From a virus, in the IMG/VR virus record IMGVR_UViG_3300023210_000021, positions 19,833 through 83,832 of that record: a DNA stretch of 64,000 bases; one strand, 5' to 3'. Shown here piece by piece: positions 1 through 9,116 of the stretch. A model generated the notes under the pieces. That model saw nothing but the letters and a program-made list of their open reading frames with translations, was not told where the DNA came from and did no database searches. The position numbers and the translations under genes were made by a program. The stretch's first letter is position 1. The number at the start of each line of letters is the position of its first letter.

Positions 1-140
1 TTGTAAGAGATAAGAATGGTAAATATGAGTTAATAGAAGGGTGGCATCGCACAATGTCAGCATTATTATTGGGTGACAATGGTGAGGATTTCATTAACTG
101 GGATAAGGTAAAAATAAGAGCCTTCATTAAAAACGCTTAG
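1..140 (+). CDS. partial CDS (3' end), ParB/Srx-like domain protein
   Basis: Frame from base 3 reads VRDKNGKYELIEGWHRTMSALLLGDNGEDFINWDKVKIRAFIKNA* (TAG 138-140); Y-x-L-I-E-G-x-H-R resembles the ParB/sulfiredoxin DGHxR motif. Not in the ORF track. Confidence 0.5.
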   Translation, partial: VRDKNGKYELIEGWHRTMSALLLGDNGEDFINWDKVKIRAFIKNA

Positions 141-245
141 TGGAAAATATTTGTTGAATTCCTGCGCTTAATGGAAAATATTCACCCTTTTTTGTGGAAT
201 TCCTGCGATTAGTGGAAAATATTCGTTAAATTCCTGCGATTAGTG
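134..245. repeat. tandem repeat, about 3.4 copies, core AATTCCTGCG(C/A)TTAGTGGAAAATATT
   Basis: Units start at 134, 165, 206 and 237 (periods 31, 41, 31 bp), between convergent genes. Confidence 0.9.
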
Positions 246-263
246 ACATTTTGGTTTATACAC

Positions 264-566
264 CTAAGAAATAAGATTACCTTCATAATTTTCTACCACC
301 CACTTCTGTTTTTGTTTCCCCCACATTTTGTGGATATGACCATTTTCCCTCCAATCTTCGTTGGATTGGGATTGTAAAACCTTTTTATATTTCATTGCAT
401 CTGGCTTACTATTAAAAACTTTAGGTTTAACCCTTTCTAATTCTTTTTTATCTATTGTATAAGGAATCATACTCCACCAAACATCACCAAATGATGTGGT
501 ATCTTCATTTAAAACTAAACAAGATTTATAATCTTCATTTCTTTCTATAACAATATAATTTTTCAT
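264..566 (-). CDS. hypothetical protein (100 aa)
   Basis: ATG-start ORF overlapping the upstream gene by 4 nt. Confidence 0.75.
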   Translation of the reverse strand: MKNYIVIERNEDYKSCLVLNEDTTSFGDVWWSMIPYTIDKKELERVKPKVFNSKPDAMKYKKVLQSQSNEDWRENGHIHKMWGKQKQKWVVENYEGNLIS

Positions 567-955
567 AATAAATGTTTTTTTGCGTTTTCTAAATAATTCT
601 TAATATTCTCAGCACCCACAGGGTTAGCTGAATGAACGTAATACATTGGGATATCTTTATCATTTTCCACACAATAGTCAACCAACCACTTTGCTGCGTC
701 ATAACCAGTCTTTTCCTCTAAATTCTCATATAAAATCTCATTAGTCTGATTAATTTCAAGATAATGGTCGTATGAAAGATCATGGTCAAAAGAAATCACA
801 TCAGGTATACCTCTCTCTATTAAGGTATCAACAAACTCATTATAGCTTCTAACAATAACCCAATCAGAATTATTTTCATAAATCGGCAAAATAGTTAATT
901 TGAATACATCATAGGGTATTCTGACATCATCGAGAAACAAGTTATATTTTTTCAT
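563..955 (-). CDS. cyclic-phosphate processing receiver (cREC)-like domain protein
   Basis: Motifs LFLDDVRxP, VRSYNEF, ISFDHDL, TGYDAAKWL and VHSANPVG are typical of this phage-associated divergent receiver family. Confidence 0.75.
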   Translation of the reverse strand: MKKYNLFLDDVRIPYDVFKLTILPIYENNSDWVIVRSYNEFVDTLIERGIPDVISFDHDLSYDHYLEINQTNEILYENLEEKTGYDAAKWLVDYCVENDKDIPMYYVHSANPVGAENIKNYLENAKKHLL

Positions 956-959
956 ATGA

Positions 960-992
960 CAAAGGTAAGTAATGTTTTTGGATTATAACAAA
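960..992 (-). promoter_or_regulatory. Bacteroidota-type housekeeping promoter (-33 TTTG / -7 TAnnTTTG)
   Basis: Minus strand reads TTTG (992-989), 21 nt spacer, TACCTTTG (967-960), 4 nt before the ATG at 955. Confidence 0.7.
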
Positions 993-1924
993 CTTTCTTT
1001 AATTTTTTTTGCTGATTGTAGTATTTTTACCACACCTTTCTTACCAATCTTCTGATAAACATCGGAAATATCATACCCATCAGGCATCTTAACAACCATA
1101 ACTCTATTGTGTAACTTACTACTATTCAGTCGTTTATATAATTTAACCGAATCTCTATAAGCATCTGAATCTAAAACAATTACAACCTTTGCGGTTAGCT
1201 TGGTTAATAATTCTTCTAATATGTGATCATTTAAAACTTTTCCTAACAATGGAATACTATTAGGTATTGGAATGTGATCAAATACACCCTCCACTATATA
1301 AACATTACTATCCCAATTAATTTTTTCTTCGTTGAATATAATGTCCATCTTAGATACCTCTGGGTTTTTGTATTTCATTTTACTCCAACCATAACTTCTA
1401 CCTAAATAATAATTTATGTCCCCATTTTTGTCATAACTTGGGACAATGATTCTACCTGCATAATCACCATCTGTACAATACCCAAGATTAAACTTATTGA
1501 TTAAGTCTAAACCAATATTCCTCTTTTTAAGGTAACCTATTGCCTTCTCATAATCATAACTACCATTGTCAGTAGATAGTGGTTTAAACTCCTTCGGTAA
1601 CCCCCCTATGACAGCCTCGTTATCTTCTCTATCCTTTGCAACATATGGGTTGACAAGGTTATACCGTTTAAGGTGTCCTTTATTCCCATAATTTCTAATA
1701 AGTTTTCTGATTGTTCCATGCGTTCCATTTACTTCACCACACGACCAACATTTGTAAACACTTAATCCATAGTTAACTTCAAGGTTACCTTTTCCATCAC
1801 CAGACATCATGTTTTTTTCCATAGAACATTCAGGGCAATCAAATGAAATTTGACCCCTATCTTCATAATGTTTCTTATGTTCACCAAGAAAATCTTCTAA
1901 TATTTCTACCACCAACTCAGACAT
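983..1924 (-). CDS. DNA primase (zinc-binding + TOPRIM)
   Basis: CPEC...CWSC zinc finger, GRIIVP, YYLGRS, KYKNP, IVEGVFD and LDSDA TOPRIM motifs. Confidence 0.9.
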   Translation of the reverse strand: MSELVVEILEDFLGEHKKHYEDRGQISFDCPECSMEKNMMSGDGKGNLEVNYGLSVYKCWSCGEVNGTHGTIRKLIRNYGNKGHLKRYNLVNPYVAKDREDNEAVIGGLPKEFKPLSTDNGSYDYEKAIGYLKKRNIGLDLINKFNLGYCTDGDYAGRIIVPSYDKNGDINYYLGRSYGWSKMKYKNPEVSKMDIIFNEEKINWDSNVYIVEGVFDHIPIPNSIPLLGKVLNDHILEELLTKLTAKVVIVLDSDAYRDSVKLYKRLNSSKLHNRVMVVKMPDGYDISDVYQKIGKKGVVKILQSAKKIKESLL

Positions 1925-1929
1925 ATATC

Positions 1930-1937
1930 CAAATATA
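1930..1937 (-). promoter_or_regulatory. TAnnTTTG (-7) promoter element
   Basis: TATATTTG on the minus strand, 5 nt before the primase ATG. Confidence 0.6.
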
Positions 1938-1965
1938 GTGATAATTCTTCAAGAAAAAAAGTATC

Positions 1966-2604
1966 TTACTCTGTTGTTGCAGGAACCCACAAACCTTCTT
2001 TATGCATACCACCTAAAACAACCGCATAACTATCTGTCATATCAAAGTTCTCTTTTTTTAACTTCATATTCTTATCATACAACCACACAATCTGAGGTTC
2101 AATGTCACTAACCTTCTCCCATATAACCATCTTTTTATCAATGTCGAAAGGAAGTCCACCAAATAATACTTCTTTGTTTCTATCAATCGCACCCTCAGTT
2201 AAAGGTTCACCATCTCTTTTATGTGTTCTCTTAACCATTAATTCTGGAAATGCATATTTCCTAGCGTCATATGACGATATAAATGTAGGTACAACATTTA
2301 ACACATCGTAAACCGATCTACATATCATACCATTAAACCTTAAAAGTACACCAACTGTATTTACATTATTTGACCCAAGTAATGGTTCTTCAATAAAAAC
2401 TTTGTCAATATCAAAGTCTGAATATTTTTGTAGAAATTCTTCCTCAAAAGATTGAGCTTTCCTCATTAATAACTCTAAAGGTGTATCTGGTTTTGGTTTA
2501 ATCTTTGGTGTAACGTGTGTTAACTCCAATAATCTACCATCTTCCTCAAAAAGCGCAATACCGATTGTCTTTGTTGACACATCTAAACCTAAAACTCTTC
2601 CCAT
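1966..2604 (-). CDS. RuvC-like Holliday junction resolvase (RNase H fold)
   Basis: N-terminal VLGLDVSTKTIG, central VFIEEP and C-terminal DMTDSYAV acidic catalytic pattern. Confidence 0.75.
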   Translation of the reverse strand: MGRVLGLDVSTKTIGIALFEEDGRLLELTHVTPKIKPKPDTPLELLMRKAQSFEEEFLQKYSDFDIDKVFIEEPLLGSNNVNTVGVLLRFNGMICRSVYDVLNVVPTFISSYDARKYAFPELMVKRTHKRDGEPLTEGAIDRNKEVLFGGLPFDIDKKMVIWEKVSDIEPQIVWLYDKNMKLKKENFDMTDSYAVVLGGMHKEGLWVPATTE

Positions 2605-2638
2605 AAATTTTTCTATTTTTAAAACTTTATTTGGTTTC

Positions 2639-3946
2639 TTAAACCACTAATTGAACATCAAATATCACAAAGTCATTTTTTGCTTTTAACACATGTCTGT
2701 CCGTTTTACCGACAGCCAATATTTCACCAGTAATATCTGTTATACCAATTTCACTTATCCTAACACTATCCTTATCCGCATATGTTGCATTTTGAGATCT
2801 GTAAAATTCATCCCTACCAGCAATACAAACTAAATTTTGAACGAAGTTATTTTTTATACTATCTATTTCCGCTTGATATGTATCACCAGTAAAATACCAA
2901 AACCCACTTGGGTTAGCTACACTTGTTGTTATCGTATCAATCGTTGCACCAGTTGCATCATATAAACTAGTTGCAATACCACTAACTATTGTTGGGTCAG
3001 TAAAGGCGATAATCCCTTCAGCTAAATAAGCAATACCTATAATCTTATCTGCAACTAATCCAGTGGTTTCGTTGCTTTGGAAATTTATAAGTGATTTATC
3101 ATTAACAGCGTATGCTTTAAATGTGTCAAATCCAGTTCCCCAACTTTTTAATACATTATTATTAGGTTTCTGTGTGTTGTCTGACATTAAAAATGAAATG
3201 TTCGACCCTAATAGGTTAGTGGTGTTAATAAACCCATCACTATATCTATTATCTTGTTGTTGTCTATTGTATTGTGAGGTATTAACATACGAACTATATA
3301 TCTCATATGTTGTTAAACCTGTTTGTGTTCCACCTGTCGTTACGCCCGTATAAACTGGTAAAGTTACTTTAATTGACTTACCGTCAATTGATTCACCATA
3401 TATATCATTATTAATAACACCAATTAATACATTATCAGTATTAAACCCACTAAATGCAGTATCTAACCAACCACCATCTTTAGCGACATTATTAAAAAAC
3501 TTTTGTTGTGTATCTGTTATTGGTAATGATAAACTTCTAAAATAATTAGTATTATTATCTGAATTATTTGTTCTATCCAAAACCGTAAATAATAAATTAG
3601 ATGTTGTTGCAGTTGTTTCACCTAACGAAACCGTTTCACTTCTAACTTGATATGAATTTTTCTCAACACCTTTTAAATAGGCGTTAGTGTTACTCTTATA
3701 TAACTTACTCTTAATTTGAATACCTGTAGAAATATTGATATTTGTTAAACCCGTTTCATCTCTATTACCACTGGTTGATGGTATTTCACCTGTTGATAAC
3801 ACACCACTAGTATGGTAATTTGCATCACTATCACCAATGATAAAATGTGACAATATAGATGAAGACTCTTTTAATAGTCTTTCCCTACCTATCGATGTTA
3901 GTCTAGCTGTTACTGTTATTGTTGTTGCTGTATTGTTAAATCCCAT
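2639..3946 (-). CDS. virion structural protein with tail-collar/fibre-attachment-like termini
   Basis: N-terminal LTSIGRERL...GDSDANY and C-terminal ISEIGITD...ILAVGK resemble the tail-fibre collar domain; Thr/Asn/Ser-rich. Confidence 0.6.
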   Translation of the reverse strand: MGFNNTATTITVTARLTSIGRERLLKESSSILSHFIIGDSDANYHTSGVLSTGEIPSTSGNRDETGLTNINISTGIQIKSKLYKSNTNAYLKGVEKNSYQVRSETVSLGETTATTSNLLFTVLDRTNNSDNNTNYFRSLSLPITDTQQKFFNNVAKDGGWLDTAFSGFNTDNVLIGVINNDIYGESIDGKSIKVTLPVYTGVTTGGTQTGLTTYEIYSSYVNTSQYNRQQQDNRYSDGFINTTNLLGSNISFLMSDNTQKPNNNVLKSWGTGFDTFKAYAVNDKSLINFQSNETTGLVADKIIGIAYLAEGIIAFTDPTIVSGIATSLYDATGATIDTITTSVANPSGFWYFTGDTYQAEIDSIKNNFVQNLVCIAGRDEFYRSQNATYADKDSVRISEIGITDITGEILAVGKTDRHVLKAKNDFVIFDVQLVV

Positions 3947-3957
3947 TTCTTATATGT

Positions 3958-6162
3958 TTAAAAGTCCATAGTTATTTCAATTGTGGCTGTACTACTATTG
4001 GCAATTTTAATTGGTCTTGACAATTTAGCAATCATTACTACATTTTGATTATTATCTAATATACCAACCTCACTTACGAATCTATCCCCACCTGTTGTAT
4101 ATGTTGGGTTACTACTACTTCCAAACTCCGCTCCATCTATATTAACACTAAATAATGTTTTATAAACAGTAGCACCAATGTAAGTTCTAAGGTTACCAAA
4201 GAATAATCTTTCATCACCAAAGTTCATTTTATTGTAAAATGTTCCTTGTGGTAAATCTATAAAACTACCTAAGTTAAATGTGGTTGCCCCAGTGTAGGTT
4301 GATCCTTCCAATATAAACCCAGTTATTGTTGAGTTTTGATTTTGTAACAATAATGGATCAATTGTTTCCCCACTATTTGTTGTGATATTTGTTGACGTGA
4401 AGTCTATCTCTCTCCATAATTTAGGGTCTGGTCTATCAGTAAGTTTAGGATCAACAACTTGCGCCAATACTTTAAATTCATTAGCGTAGAATCCTTTTCC
4501 ATCATAACCAACAGATTCTACCTTTCTCATATATGGTAGTTGATCCACATTAGCTAACCTAAACTGAACATCTTTATCTGATGCGGTTTGATTATCTAAA
4601 ACACTGTACCTCTGACAAGGTAATGTATTTGTTACCCCTGAATTAGCTGACATATAGTATGTAAGGTATATTCTTTCACCAGCTTTTAATGTACCAGTAC
4701 ACTCTCCATTTACTGGTGATGTTAATTCTGACTTTAAATCTGGTAAAGTCCAATTTCTGTTTGACTTATATGACATCGCAGCTAATAGTTCTTCATTATC
4801 AACAACAACAATCTTTTCGTTAGGGAATACTTTACCAACAGCCAATGGGGTACTAGGTGTAACCGACATTCCACTATATTCAATTAAATCGTAATATACT
4901 ATATTTGTATTTTCTAAAGTCTTTTCCGTTGTGTCAGATAAAAATCTCATACCCATTGTTGTCCCACTAGCTGTTCCAACATCATTTTTTCTATGCCACA
5001 TTACTGGAATATCTAAATTTAATAGTTTTCCTGATTCCCCATCAATGTGGAAAAATTCACCATAGAAATTAGAGATACAACTATTAGTGTAATGTATTAT
5101 CGATATACCTTTTTGGAATGGGTCAATGTAACTAGACGCAGATTCTTTAAGTGCTTGTGTTACTTCTGGTGTATTTTTGTAATTTAAAAGTAATTTCGTT
5201 CCTACGAATTCTTCTGACCCAAACAATTGGTGATCATGATAATAATCTGTTGTGTCTTTAAACTGACCCGCCATATTCTCACACCAAGGATTGTTCATAT
5301 TCCAAACAGGAATATTATCCACACATATGTCACAACTACTATCAAACGATAAAGTACCTGTGTGCCAATATGATGTTAATGAGCTTTCCCCATAATAATC
5401 ATCTGCTGGGTCATTACCACCAGGGATTACATAATAACTAATAATCGTTCCACTATCAGCGGTAAAGTTAGGTAATGCTCTATCCACATTAACTGTTGAC
5501 CCACTATCTTCTAAATTAGTAATCATATAGTATTGTGACATTGAAGGTGTTGTCTCCGTTGTTGTTCCCGTAAGGTTACCTAATGTAGAATTACTTAAAT
5601 TTAAAACCATTATATCATTAACACTAGACGCTGTTAAAGGTGTAGATAATCTTAACACCCCTTTTGTAAAGGTTGTGGTATCGGTTTCACCACTAAACGC
5701 AGATAAATCAATAGACCCACTCTCTTTAATAAATTGTGTTGTTGTTTGTGCTGTCAAACCTAATGATGCGGTTGACCCTGAGAAAAATCCTCTGTCATCA
5801 GCTTTATTACTAATAATACCTTTTACTAATTTAACATTACTTTCACCACCAAATTGTTGTATAAAGCTCCCTTCAGTACCCAATAAAAATGATTTTGGGT
5901 AATATTGTTTATCTTTAGGTCTTAATACCGCAGAGTAATTAACCTCTGTTCCACCAGTATTAATATTAAAAAAGAATTGTCCTGTTGTCGCACTACTACT
6001 AGGTACGAAATCTTTCCAACCCTTAACATAACTATAATCCACTTCTGAATCACCCGCTACCCAAGAGTTAAACGTTAATTGACCTTTGGCAAGTAACTCC
6101 CTACCTATATCGGTAAGTTTTGTCCTTACTAATGCTGTTCTGTGTTTATTTATGTAACTCAT
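3958..6162 (-). CDS. virion structural protein, paralog of 2639..3946
   Basis: N-terminal LTDIGRELLA...GDSEVDY and C-terminal VSEVGILD...VVMIAK match the neighbouring gene. Confidence 0.6.
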   Translation of the reverse strand: MSYINKHRTALVRTKLTDIGRELLAKGQLTFNSWVAGDSEVDYSYVKGWKDFVPSSSATTGQFFFNINTGGTEVNYSAVLRPKDKQYYPKSFLLGTEGSFIQQFGGESNVKLVKGIISNKADDRGFFSGSTASLGLTAQTTTQFIKESGSIDLSAFSGETDTTTFTKGVLRLSTPLTASSVNDIMVLNLSNSTLGNLTGTTTETTPSMSQYYMITNLEDSGSTVNVDRALPNFTADSGTIISYYVIPGGNDPADDYYGESSLTSYWHTGTLSFDSSCDICVDNIPVWNMNNPWCENMAGQFKDTTDYYHDHQLFGSEEFVGTKLLLNYKNTPEVTQALKESASSYIDPFQKGISIIHYTNSCISNFYGEFFHIDGESGKLLNLDIPVMWHRKNDVGTASGTTMGMRFLSDTTEKTLENTNIVYYDLIEYSGMSVTPSTPLAVGKVFPNEKIVVVDNEELLAAMSYKSNRNWTLPDLKSELTSPVNGECTGTLKAGERIYLTYYMSANSGVTNTLPCQRYSVLDNQTASDKDVQFRLANVDQLPYMRKVESVGYDGKGFYANEFKVLAQVVDPKLTDRPDPKLWREIDFTSTNITTNSGETIDPLLLQNQNSTITGFILEGSTYTGATTFNLGSFIDLPQGTFYNKMNFGDERLFFGNLRTYIGATVYKTLFSVNIDGAEFGSSSNPTYTTGGDRFVSEVGILDNNQNVVMIAKLSRPIKIANSSTATIEITMDF

Positions 6163-6184
6163 TATCTAATGTCTATTATTTTAT

Positions 6185-6192
6185 TATAAATA
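6185..6192 (-). promoter_or_regulatory. putative phage late promoter TATTTATA
   Basis: Recurrent motif upstream of structural genes (see findings). Confidence 0.55.
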
Positions 6193-6210
6193 TACTCAAT
6201 GTAAATATTA

Positions 6211-9069
6211 TCAATACGAATTTAATGCATTCGTAGTTATTTCTATCGGTGTAGTCTCACTAATTCTCTCCGATTTTATGATGTCCCCATTTAATGTGGT
6301 ATATCTCTTCTCGTTTTTTACCCTATAAATGAATTTATCACCAAACGTTCCACCACTTAATGTTACACCAGCATTATAAGATCTTTGACCTACAACATAG
6401 TCGGTAGTGCCGCTATATAATATATTATTAAATGACGTATCATCTCCACCTACAAATTCCACAATAAAAGTACCTGTTTGCCCACATACAGGGGCATTAC
6501 TGATTGTCCAACCTATAATGGGTGAAATAGTTGTAATTGGACCAATTACCGAAGCTTCAGGAACATAGAAGGCTTGAATAGTGTCACCAATTTTAATTGG
6601 TACATCTAATATTGATCGTTTTTTATTAGTTATAGATTTATAATACTCAACATTATTTACCAATATAGCACCATTCACTGTGAGTGCGATATCACCACTG
6701 GTAGGTGTGTCAGTATAAAACTCGTATTTATTAAAATCAGTGTTATAATAAATTTTATCTGTTAGTTTTTCACTGTTAGTTGTCCCACTATTTATTGTAC
6801 TCACCAATAATTTATCAATATAAGCGCTACTACCACCGCCGCCATCTACATAAACTATAGTAACTAATTGGTTATCTAATACTTCAAAATTAAACACTAA
6901 CTGCCTTATTGTAATAGTATAATCAATATCCTTTGATAATACTGATCCATTATAACTAATTATTTGATCTCCATTACTTACACTTAACGTATAACCAGTT
7001 ATACCTGATGTGGTATAAAAACTATTAACATTTAAAGTACCAATAGGTTCTGTATTAGCATTAATTTTACTGGTTAGTGTAGGAACGTCTGCCCTATACA
7101 TATTTAAAAAATACCAATCAGTAATGGGGTTATATAACCCATATAAATCACCTTTTTTACGAGTATCAATTGTATTATATCTATAACCTAATTGTTTACC
7201 AACAAATGTGTTTATTGGGTATTCGTAATAACCTTTTATAATAAACTCACCTTCACCAATACCATTTACGTTAATTGTTGTTGTGTTGGCGGTTGTAAAC
7301 GAACTATATGGTATTGTTTGAGAACTATAAACAGCGTTTGTTGTGAACCCGCTGTTTGCGCTGTTGTATTTATATATTTCACTATAAAAATTTAATTCTT
7401 TATCCCCTATAACCCCAGTAACATCATTAATAGTATATTCAAAATTAAAATTATCAGAACCCGTTTCTCTTATATACGCGTACCTGTCACAAGATAAAAT
7501 TGTATTGTTTATTTGGTTAGGTAACCCCCATTGGGATGTCGTACCACTTAGAAGTTTTACACTATCCTCATCGAAATTACAATTAACACCTAACCCATTA
7601 GGGTAGTGAATTACATGTAATGTATCATTATCAAAATTACTAACATATATTTTTTCATCTGGACCCATTTGTAATGATCCGTTAGTGTTACCTGTGATAT
7701 CAGCAACTATAATAGAGTAATCTACCATATCGGTTGACGATGAATAAGATAAATCGAATTGATAAATTTTACCTTGAGCCCCATCTGAAATATATAATTT
7801 AGAAGAGTCCGAAGAAAATTCTACACCATAAGGTCCGTTATCAAATGTAAATCCAGTAATTGTTATTAAATTACTTAATGTACCCGCAGATGAGGTGAAA
7901 TCCATTATATCTATAATATCTTCATCATATATTGCATTGACTATTTTACTTGCATCGTGTGAAACTTTTAAATACCCTCTTGGAGTATTATTTACACTAC
8001 CAATATTAGTTACCACAGGTGGTGATATTCCACCCGATGTTATTTTATAACTATAAAATATACTATCACCAGTTTTATGTGTGATAGCCCAATAATCAAT
8101 ACCATTACTATGTTTGGCACCAGCTACTTTTTCTGTAAGTCCGCTAGATAATAAATCAATATTTTTTGTTTGTACCTGTCCGTTACCACCCTGTAAAGAC
8201 ATGTCAACAACTGAATAACTAAATCCGTTGTTGGCGCCATCATAATTTGTGGTAAAAACGTAATATTGATTTGTGGTTGGTCTTGGTACAATAAGTGATG
8301 ATTGTGTTGACCCTGTATTACCATTTAATCCAGTACCATTTGTCATTATTGTATTTGCGCTAGTATAAATTGTTTCACCATCACTATAAAATAATAGGTC
8401 ACCTTCTGTATTTGATATTACAGATGAACCTTCAGTTGATACAACACTACCACTAATCGATGTTGGTGTTGCTCCACTTTCGATAGGGTTGAAGTTTATC
8501 CCCGCATTAATTCCAAAAAACCAATTATAATTACTTCTATTAGATGACTCAGATTCTGGTCCACATATTGTTTCACCAGTTAATGGTATTTTTCTAGCAC
8601 CCCTAACAGAAAATTCAGGATAATCAAAACCATCAATATCACTTCTAGTTATTGTAGTAAATAATTCTGTATTACTTCTAGGTAACCACCCAAAATTATT
8701 ACTTTCATTCCTTACACCTGTTTGATAGTAATCATCACCACCATCTATATACCTTAATGTGTGATTTGCGTCTACTGTATACCCACTTAACACACTACCT
8801 GTGTTTCCTGTCATTACGTATGTTATAACGGGTTCATCCTTTATTGTATCAAAAATCCTTAACCCACTAAATAAAGGTAATGGTTTAGGTAAGATAACAG
8901 GTGTTTTTGATAAATCAGTCATAAACCAAGTACCATTAAAAACCTGTATAAACTCGCCCCTATTATATTGTGAATATATAGTGGGTGCGAAATCAGATTG
9001 TGATTCATACTCTGTAATCACATTTATACTAGTTTCTAATATTTTTATATTACCTGACGCTGATGCCAT
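6211..9069 (-). CDS. virion protein with a beta-propeller domain (candidate receptor-binding protein)
   Basis: NWFFGINAGINF...EGSSVISN...LLFYSDG...GSTQSSLIVP...YYVFT...GVEFSSDSSKLYIS...LQMGPDEKIYV...WGLPN resembles propellers of Bacteroidota secreted surface proteins; the C-terminal half has GSVL..DIDY/GAIL..NVEY fibre-like repeats. Confidence 0.65.
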   Translation of the reverse strand: MASASGNIKILETSINVITEYESQSDFAPTIYSQYNRGEFIQVFNGTWFMTDLSKTPVILPKPLPLFSGLRIFDTIKDEPVITYVMTGNTGSVLSGYTVDANHTLRYIDGGDDYYQTGVRNESNNFGWLPRSNTELFTTITRSDIDGFDYPEFSVRGARKIPLTGETICGPESESSNRSNYNWFFGINAGINFNPIESGATPTSISGSVVSTEGSSVISNTEGDLLFYSDGETIYTSANTIMTNGTGLNGNTGSTQSSLIVPRPTTNQYYVFTTNYDGANNGFSYSVVDMSLQGGNGQVQTKNIDLLSSGLTEKVAGAKHSNGIDYWAITHKTGDSIFYSYKITSGGISPPVVTNIGSVNNTPRGYLKVSHDASKIVNAIYDEDIIDIMDFTSSAGTLSNLITITGFTFDNGPYGVEFSSDSSKLYISDGAQGKIYQFDLSYSSSTDMVDYSIIVADITGNTNGSLQMGPDEKIYVSNFDNDTLHVIHYPNGLGVNCNFDEDSVKLLSGTTSQWGLPNQINNTILSCDRYAYIRETGSDNFNFEYTINDVTGVIGDKELNFYSEIYKYNSANSGFTTNAVYSSQTIPYSSFTTANTTTINVNGIGEGEFIIKGYYEYPINTFVGKQLGYRYNTIDTRKKGDLYGLYNPITDWYFLNMYRADVPTLTSKINANTEPIGTLNVNSFYTTSGITGYTLSVSNGDQIISYNGSVLSKDIDYTITIRQLVFNFEVLDNQLVTIVYVDGGGGSSAYIDKLLVSTINSGTTNSEKLTDKIYYNTDFNKYEFYTDTPTSGDIALTVNGAILVNNVEYYKSITNKKRSILDVPIKIGDTIQAFYVPEASVIGPITTISPIIGWTISNAPVCGQTGTFIVEFVGGDDTSFNNILYSGTTDYVVGQRSYNAGVTLSGGTFGDKFIYRVKNEKRYTTLNGDIIKSERISETTPIEITTNALNSY

Positions 9070-9079
9070 ATCTTTTTAT

Positions 9080-9087
9080 TATAAATA
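9080..9087 (-). promoter_or_regulatory. putative phage late promoter TATTTATA
   Basis: 10 nt upstream of the ATG at 9069. Confidence 0.55.
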
Positions 9088-9116
9088 TTTATTATATAAT
9101 ATTATTTTATTATATG

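Noticed and set aside
134-245. Mini CRISPR array
   Set aside because: Inter-repeat segments are only 5-15 bp and resemble each other; no cas genes in the window.
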